In this document: piece after piece, positions 57,401 through 61,949 of the stretch
Layout: each line of letters opens with the position of its first letter
Position numbering within the stretch: position 1 is the first letter of the stretch
From: Acutalibacteraceae bacterium
GTDB taxonomy: Bacteria > Bacillota > Clostridia > Oscillospirales > Acutalibacteraceae
Length of the DNA: 61,949 nucleotides
Direction: 5' to 3'
NCBI GenBank assembly: GCA_045537355.1
Contig: JAZSPH010000063.1
Span: 1-61,949, forward strand
Notes under the pieces: generated by a model
The model's database searches: none
The model's input: the letters and a program-made list of their open reading frames with translations, nothing else
What the model was told of the DNA's origin: nothing
Program-made: the position numbers and the translations under genes

Positions 57401-58189
57401 GTTTTAATCCCTGTATTCCCCGGTACCAACTGCGAATTTGATTCTGCTAAGGTTATGCGTGATGCAGGTGCTGACCCTGAAATCTTTGTTATTAACAACC
57501 TTTCCTCCGATGGAATTGCTCGCTCGGTTGAAGAGTTTGCAAACAAGGTTAAAGGCGCTCAAATGATATTTGTTCCCGGTGGTTTCTCGGGTGGTGACGA
57601 GCCTGACGGTAGTGGTAAGTTTATTACTGCTTTCTTCCGTAACGGCGCTATTAAAGAACAAGTTACCGACCTTCTTGATAACAGAGACGGTCTTATGTGT
57701 GGTATTTGTAATGGATTCCAAGCACTTATTAAGTTAGGTCTTGTTCCTTACGGTAAGATTATCGACACCGATGAAAACTGCCCAACCCTTACATTTAACA
57801 CCATTGGTCGCCACCAATCCAGAATCGTTCAAACCCGTATTGCTTCTAACAAGTCTCCTTGGCTTGCCGACACCAATGTGGGCGATATTTACAATGTGCC
57901 CATTTCCCACGGTGAAGGTCGTTTCTTGGCTGATGAAAAACTTATTATGGAATTGGCCAAGAACGGACAAATCGCAACTCAATATGTTGACTTAGCCGGC
58001 AACGCTACAAGCGATGTTCACTTTAACCCCAACGACTCTATGTACGCTATTGAGGGTATCACCTCTCCTGATGGTAGAGTATTTGGTAAGATGGGTCACA
58101 GCGAACGCTGGAACAACGGCCTTTATAAGAATGTTTACGGCGATTACGATATTAAGATGTTCAAATCTGCAGTTAAATACTTTAAATAA
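54497..58189 (+). CDS. purL: FGAM synthase, large single-chain form with synthetase and glutaminase domains
   Basis: 1230 aa. ETHNHPTEIEPFGGAATCIGG motif. C-terminal triad-type glutaminase region (GICNGFQ, HGEG). Confidence 0.95.
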   Translation: MVYRIFVEKKPELRNEARGLLKDIRGLLQIKSVENVRIINRYDVDKIEKELFDYAVGTVFSEPQLDVTYTDLVDDSNAMFAVEFLPGQFDQRADSAAQCIQIISQGERPRVRTAKVYMLYGNITEAELAEIKKYVVNPVEARIATLDKPETLETKYDIPTTVETLEGFIDLDENGLADFVKNYGLAMDNDDIKFCQDYFKSEHRNPTITEIRMIDTYWSDHCRHTTFLTNIDNCTFEDELLQATYEDYIATRKELGRTKPVCLMDIATLAVRYLKKEGKLPKLDESEEINACTVKIKVDVDGVSEDWLLLFKNETHNHPTEIEPFGGAATCIGGAIRDPLSGRSYVYGAMRVTGAANPLKSVSETLKGKLPQRKIVTTAADGYSSYGNQIGLATGIVDELYHDGYAAKRMEIGAVIAAAPAENVRREVPCPGDVVILLGGSTGRDGCGGATGSSKSHTLESLESCGAEVQKGNAPEERKLQRLFRNKEASLLIKRCNDFGAGGVSVAIGELADGLLIDLNAVPKKYDGLDGTELAISESQERMAVVVEKENVDRFLELANAENLQAVKVADITAEPRLTMVWNGNTIVDISREFLNSNGAEKHIDITPEAPKDYERIIEGGFKENMEHLADDLNACSKRGLSEQFDSTIGAGTVLMPFGGKYQLTPIQAMVQKISVEKKHTDDCSLMSWGYNPYIAERSPFHSAYLAVVESVAKLVATGGSFEDVYLTFQEYFERPGKDGKRWGKPLSALLGAFKAQKDFSIGSIGGKDSMSGSFEDLDVPPTLVSFAVTTDKVQNIISPEFKKAGNKVVLLSPIYDAQTNLPNPESQIRIFNRVTELMREGKVLAAYTPTYGGIGEAVMKMCFGNGFGFKFDDNMDNKAIFGYNYGSFILEVTEDVEDAITIGNVCDCGKLVLGEESVALSDLLDTYENKLESVFKCNIEDRKTPMENFSYNAESRVAPAIKVATPKVLIPVFPGTNCEFDSAKVMRDAGADPEIFVINNLSSDGIARSVEEFANKVKGAQMIFVPGGFSGGDEPDGSGKFITAFFRNGAIKEQVTDLLDNRDGLMCGICNGFQALIKLGLVPYGKIIDTDENCPTLTFNTIGRHQSRIVQTRIASNKSPWLADTNVGDIYNVPISHGEGRFLADEKLIMELAKNGQIATQYVDLAGNATSDVHFNPNDSMYAIEGITSPDGRVFGKMGHSERWNNGLYKNVYGDYDIKMFKSAVKYFK

Positions 58190-58212
58190 AGAATATTAGG
58201 AGGAAGTTTTAA

Positions 58213-59889
58213 ATGGCTTTTTTAACCGATATTGAAATTGCGCAACAATGCCAAATGAAACCCATTACCGAAATTGCTGATAAAGCCGGTATCGACCGTA
58301 AATATCTTGAGCAATACGGTAATTACAAGGCTAAAATTGACCTTTCCCTAGTTAAAGAAAATACTAAACCCAATGGTAAATTAATTTTGGTAACAGCCAT
58401 TACCCCCACTGCTGCCGGTGAGGGTAAGACTACTACCACTATTGGTCTTGCCGACGGTATGGCAAGAATTGGCAAAAATGTTTGTGTTGCTTTGCGTGAG
58501 CCTTCTTTAGGACCTGTTTTCGGTGTTAAGGGTGGTGCTGCAGGTGGTGGATATGCACAAGTAGTTCCTATGGAGGATATTAACCTCCACTTCACAGGCG
58601 ACTTCCACGCTATCGGTGCTGCTAACAACCTTCTTGCCGCAATGCTTGACAACCACATCCACCAAGGAAACGCTTTGGGAATTGACACTCGCCGTATCAC
58701 CTGGAAACGTTGTGTTGATATGAACGACCGTCAACTTCGTTTCGTTACCGATGGTTTAGGTGGAAGAATTAACGGTGTTCCCCGAGAGGATGGTTTTGAC
58801 ATTACTGTTGCCAGTGAAATTATGGCAGTTCTTTGCTTGGCAAGTGATATTACCGACCTTAAAAACCGTTTATCCAACATTATTGTTGGTTATACCTTTA
58901 ATGAAGAACCCGTTACTGCCGGTCAATTAAACGCTGCAGGTGCGATGGCAGCTCTTTTAAAAGATGCTATTAAACCCAACTTGGTTCAAACCCTTGAAGG
59001 CAACCCTGCATTAGTACACGGCGGACCTTTCGCTAATATTGCTCACGGTTGTAACAGTGTTACTGCAACCAAACTCGCACTTAAACTTGGCGATTATGCT
59101 ATTACCGAAGCAGGTTTCGGTGCTGACTTGGGTGCTGAAAAGTTCCTTGATATTAAGTGCCGTATGGCAGGTCTTACTCCTAGCGCCGTTGTTATGGTTG
59201 CTACCGTTAGAGCATTAAAGATGCATGGTGGTCTTGACAAAAAGGCTTTGGGCGAAGAAAATCTTGAGGCTTTGGAAAAGGGTATCCCCAATCTTTTACG
59301 CCATGTTTCTAATATTAAAAATGTTTACAAACTCCCCTGCGTTGTAGCAGTTAACCGTTTCCCCACCGACACTGACAATGAAATCAACTTCATCATCGAA
59401 AAGTGCAAAGATTTAGGTGTTAATGTTGTTCTTTCAAATGTTTGGGCTGAAGGTGGTAAAGGCGGCGAAGAGATGGCTCGTGAGGTTGTTCGTCTTTGCG
59501 AAGAAGAAAAAGGCGATTTCACCTTCTCTTATGAGTTAGATGGCTCTATCGAAGAAAAAATCGATGCCATTGTTAAGAATGTTTACGGTGGCGATGGCGT
59601 TGTTTTAACACCTAACGCTAAGAAACAAGCTCAAAAACTTACCGAGATGGGCTTTGGCAACTGTCCTATTTGTATGGCTAAAACTCAATACAGTTTCTCG
59701 GATGACCCAACAAAATTGGGCGCTCCAAACGGATTTACAGTTACCGTTAGAAATCTTAAGATTTCTGCAGGCGCAGGTTTTATCGTTGCTCTTACAGGCG
59801 ATATAATGACCATGCCAGGTTTACCAAAGGCTCCTGCTGCCGAGCGTATTGATATTGATGAAAACGGTAAAATTACAGGACTGTTTTAA
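58213..59889 (+). CDS. fhs: Formate--tetrahydrofolate ligase
   Basis: [17 protein letters not shown]-loop and [13 protein letters not shown] motif; 558 aa. Confidence 0.97.
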   Translation: MAFLTDIEIAQQCQMKPITEIADKAGIDRKYLEQYGNYKAKIDLSLVKENTKPNGKLILVTAITPTAAGEGKTTTTIGLADGMARIGKNVCVALREPSLGPVFGVKGGAAGGGYAQVVPMEDINLHFTGDFHAIGAANNLLAAMLDNHIHQGNALGIDTRRITWKRCVDMNDRQLRFVTDGLGGRINGVPREDGFDITVASEIMAVLCLASDITDLKNRLSNIIVGYTFNEEPVTAGQLNAAGAMAALLKDAIKPNLVQTLEGNPALVHGGPFANIAHGCNSVTATKLALKLGDYAITEAGFGADLGAEKFLDIKCRMAGLTPSAVVMVATVRALKMHGGLDKKALGEENLEALEKGIPNLLRHVSNIKNVYKLPCVVAVNRFPTDTDNEINFIIEKCKDLGVNVVLSNVWAEGGKGGEEMAREVVRLCEEEKGDFTFSYELDGSIEEKIDAIVKNVYGGDGVVLTPNAKKQAQKLTEMGFGNCPICMAKTQYSFSDDPTKLGAPNGFTVTVRNLKISAGAGFIVALTGDIMTMPGLPKAPAAERIDIDENGKITGLF

Positions 59890-59907
59890 AATTTAAAAAG
59901 AGAGGTG

Positions 59908-59942
59908 TGCCCAACTTCCCATAAGGATGTTGGGCAGTTTTA
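59908..59942 (+). terminator. Rho-independent terminator ending the pur/one-carbon operon
   Basis: tgcccaac/gttgggca followed by a T-run. Confidence 0.8.
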
Positions 59943-60109
59943 TTCGCCAAAGGCGAGTTATATTGTTTCGCAGCTATATTTGCCTAACGGCAAGTGGTAT
60001 TCGCTTCGCGAGTTTAAAAGGCGAATAAAATAACACTGAAACCGCAAGGTTTCAATATCACTATTGCCTTATGGCAATAATATCACTCCGGCAGAGTCGG
60101 AATAAAACT
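59938..60109 (+). repeat. Iterated array of short hairpins separated by AT-rich 9-mers
   Basis: Four TATT+GC-hairpin units start at 59941, 59961, 59977 and 59998. AATAACACT (60029), AATATCACT (60054), AATATCACT (60079) and AATAAAACT (60101) are separated by hairpins gaaacc-gcaa-ggtttc, attgcc-ttat-ggcaat and ccggc-aga-gtcgg. Confidence 0.75.
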
Positions 60110-60137
60110 TGAAAGATTAATATTTTTTATGTATAAT
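60109..60137 (+). promoter_or_regulatory. Sigma-A type promoter of the four-helix-bundle gene
   Basis: TTGAAA (60109-14), 17-bp spacer, TATAAT (60132-37). Confidence 0.55.
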
Positions 60138-60157
60138 GAGTTTCAGAGGTGATAACT

Positions 60158-60508
60158 TTGGCTGATAGCATTTTAAGAGATAAAGCAAAGGAATTTGCAA
60201 AGACAGTTGTTTTTCTCTGTCGTGATATGAAATCAAATCACAAAGAATCGGTTTTAATAAATCAATTACTTCGTTCTGCTACTTCAATAGGTGCTAATTT
60301 ACACGAAGCACAATATGCGCAAGGAACAAAGGATTTTATTTCTAAACTTGAGATAGCACAAAAAGAATGTTACGAAACTGAATATTGGCTTGAACTGCTT
60401 TTTGAAACAAATTGTATGAACGAAGAAAATTATAAAGTATTACAAAACGATTGCGGTGCAATCCGTAGAATGTTAATTTCTTCGCTTAAAACTATAAAAT
60501 CAAAATAG
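60158..60508 (+). CDS. Four-helix-bundle protein (23S rRNA intervening-sequence protein / Avd-like family, TIGR02436-type)
   Basis: LLRSATSIGANLHEAQYAQGTKDFISKLEIAQKECYETEYWLELL is the family signature as I recall it. Start at TTG 60158 behind an AGAGGTG RBS. Confidence 0.8.
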   Translation: MADSILRDKAKEFAKTVVFLCRDMKSNHKESVLINQLLRSATSIGANLHEAQYAQGTKDFISKLEIAQKECYETEYWLELLFETNCMNEENYKVLQNDCGAIRRMLISSLKTIKSK

Positions 60509-60582
60509 GGGTTTGGGCTTAGCCCAAAAGCATTTGTACAGACAAATACGATGCTGGTTCTATCCGAAAGGAGAGGAATTTT

Positions 60583-61176
60583 GTGAATGTAATTGAGCAT
60601 TATGATAAACTAATTGATGAAAATAATGACCCCGTACATGACCCTAAATCTCTGAAAGAGTATATGAATAAATGGGACGGACAAGTGTTTGTTGATGCAA
60701 TGAAACTTGATAAACATAAAACTGTCTTGGAAATCGGTATTGGTACGGGTCGACTTGCGCTAAAAACAATACCATTATGCAAAAAATTATTTGGTATTGA
60801 TATATCTACAAAGACAATAGAGAGAGCCACGCACAACTTATCGCAATATCAAAATGTTGAGTTAATATGTGCGGATTTTATAACATATAATTTTAATATC
60901 GCCTTTGATGTTGTATATTCTTCGTTAACTTTTATGCATATAAAGGATAAACAGAAGTTTATCAACAAAATATATTCTTTGCTAAAACCTAATGGACTTT
61001 TTGTATTATCTATTGATAAAAATCAAGACGAATTTGTAGATTACGGGGACAGAAAAATCAAAATATATCCCGATAACCCTGATGATACAAAGGAATATTT
61101 TACAAATTCCGGTCTAATTCTATTGAATTGTATAGAAACGGAATTTGCATACATTCTTGTTGGTTTAAAAACATAG
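60583..61176 (+). CDS. Class I SAM-dependent methyltransferase
   Basis: Motif I VLEIGIGTGRLA and post-I FGIDIS; 197 aa with a GTG start behind a GGAGAGG RBS. Confidence 0.85.
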   Translation: MNVIEHYDKLIDENNDPVHDPKSLKEYMNKWDGQVFVDAMKLDKHKTVLEIGIGTGRLALKTIPLCKKLFGIDISTKTIERATHNLSQYQNVELICADFITYNFNIAFDVVYSSLTFMHIKDKQKFINKIYSLLKPNGLFVLSIDKNQDEFVDYGDRKIKIYPDNPDDTKEYFTNSGLILLNCIETEFAYILVGLKT

Positions 61177-61178
61177 AG

Positions 61179-61215
61179 AAAGCCGATAGATTCGTTTTTG
61201 AATCTATCGGCTTTA
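61179..61215 (+). terminator. Rho-independent terminator
   Basis: 15-bp perfect stem aaagccgatagattc/gaatctatcggcttt. Confidence 0.8.
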
Positions 61216-61315
61216 AATATCCTTATGAGAAGTACCCTTTTAAACCTCTCTTTTTTTATATTTGAAATTTTTTAGGGCATAATAGTTTTGCAAATCAAAT
61301 TTAAGGAGAGTTAAT

Positions 61316-61495
61316 ATGCAAAACAATTCAATGTCATTTTTAAAAGGTATGGGCGCAGGAATGATTGCAGGTGCTGCTGTTATCACCGTTGGCAAAATGG
61401 TTTTAAAGGACCAGAAAAACATCAGCAAAGGTTCGGCAAAACTTGTAAAGGCTGTTGGCGAAATGGTTGACGGTGTTCAAACAATTTTCAAATAA
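61316..61495 (+). CDS. Small (59 aa) hypothetical membrane-associated protein, absent from the supplied ORF track because it is under 60 aa
   Basis: AAGGAGAG RBS 7 nt before the ATG. MQNNSMSFLKGMGAGMIAGAAVITVGKMVLKDQKNISKGSAKLVKAVGEMVDGVQTIFK. Terminator immediately after the stop. Confidence 0.55.
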   Translation: MQNNSMSFLKGMGAGMIAGAAVITVGKMVLKDQKNISKGSAKLVKAVGEMVDGVQTIFK

Positions 61496-61522
61496 AAAAA
61501 CGCTCCCAAAAGGAGCGTTTTA
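61496..61522. terminator. Bidirectional terminator between convergent genes
   Basis: aaaacgctcc/ggagcgtttt flanked by A- and T-runs. Confidence 0.8.
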
Positions 61523-61525
61523 ATT

Positions 61526-61949
61526 TTATAATGCAGGGTCTTTTACAACCTCTTCGGGTGGAACTTCCAAAAGAGAAGGGTCTTTTACATATTTTTGCAA
61601 TTCTCTAAATGCTTTGGAGAAATAGTAACCCGAGCAAATTCTTTCATCCATTACAACACCTAAAGGCATTGTCTTTTCAAAAACAATCTCGCCACCGACC
61701 TTACGTTTTGCAACCTCACGGAAATTACCCATGGTAATAAGAACACCTGTTGTGCCAAATTCGTAAACATGGTGATAAATATGGTTGGTTCTTATAGAAA
61801 TTAAGTTTGAAATAACCAAACTGTTATGGAAAGGAGAAAGGTCGATTATCCACCTTGGCAAAAGTCCCAATTTGTCCAAAATCTTAATAAGACCAATGCC
61901 CACTGTCAACAAACCGGGAACACTTAAAAGAGCACTCATAAACTTTTCC
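61526..61949 (-). CDS. C-terminal part of a 2-oxoacid dehydrogenase E2 / CAT-like acyltransferase catalytic-domain protein (N-terminus outside the window)
   Basis: The ORF is open to the window edge. PLGVVMDERICSGYYFSKAF resembles the DH(R)xxDG acyltransferase motif region. Confidence 0.5.
   Translation of the reverse strand, partial: EKFMSALLSVPGLLTVGIGLIKILDKLGLLPRWIIDLSPFHNSLVISNLISIRTNHIYHHVYEFGTTGVLITMGNFREVAKRKVGGEIVFEKTMPLGVVMDERICSGYYFSKAFRELQKYVKDPSLLEVPPEEVVKDPAL

Noticed and set aside
59938-60109. Possibility that the 9-mer/hairpin array is a CRISPR array
   Set aside because: The conserved units are only 9 bp and the intervening units are 13-16-bp palindromes, with four or fewer copies. 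There are no cas genes or leader, so it does not fit CRISPR geometry.
60158-60508. Diversity-generating retroelement (the four-helix-bundle protein is Avd-like)
   Set aside because: The window contains no reverse transcriptase ORF and no template/variable repeat pair with adenine-specific mismatches that I could see.

Overview
This is a 61.9-kb chromosomal window from a low-GC Gram-positive bacterium that looks like an endospore-forming member of the Clostridia. That placement is inferred from ypeB, a SleC-like cortex-lytic enzyme, a GerQ-like ORF, a Re-citrate-synthase/aconitase/IDH cluster, a PurO-type IMP cyclohydrolase and GGAGG-type RBSs. I count about 57 protein genes and 5 tRNAs (a CAT-anticodon fragment, Glu, Gln, His, Ser). 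I found no rRNA, CRISPR, transposase, integrase, phage genes or recognisable defence system. Most of the content is housekeeping: a GlpA-like FAD oxidoreductase trio, nth, ruvX, murF-ddl, a CDF transporter, a maltodextrin-type ABC uptake operon with malQ, the oxidative TCA branch, amino-sugar genes (glmM, an LbH acetyltransferase, nagB, a phospho-sugar mutase), germination genes and groES-groEL. There is also an 11-gene purine/one-carbon operon (purE to fhs) behind what I read as a ZTP (pfl) riboswitch. Six items deserve a second look. (1) An XRE-type HTH domain is fused in frame to GlmM. (2) MurF has its N-terminal domain replaced by a polytopic membrane region. (3) The operon-encoded PurF lacks the N-terminal catalytic Cys. 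(4) A 20-bp perfect copy of the tRNA-Ser 3' end lies 363 bp downstream of the tRNA, bracketing a hairpin-dense segment next to an AT-rich XRE+GT2 islet. (5) A module of terminator-like hairpin plus TTNNCTN heptad array occurs three times. (6) Iterated short-hairpin arrays flank a four-helix-bundle (Avd/IVS-family) gene. I did not find a clear novel multi-gene system. The unusual signals are domain-architecture oddities and non-coding repeat or hairpin arrays. All of them need database searches I cannot run. Protein calls rest on motifs recognised by eye and on gene context.
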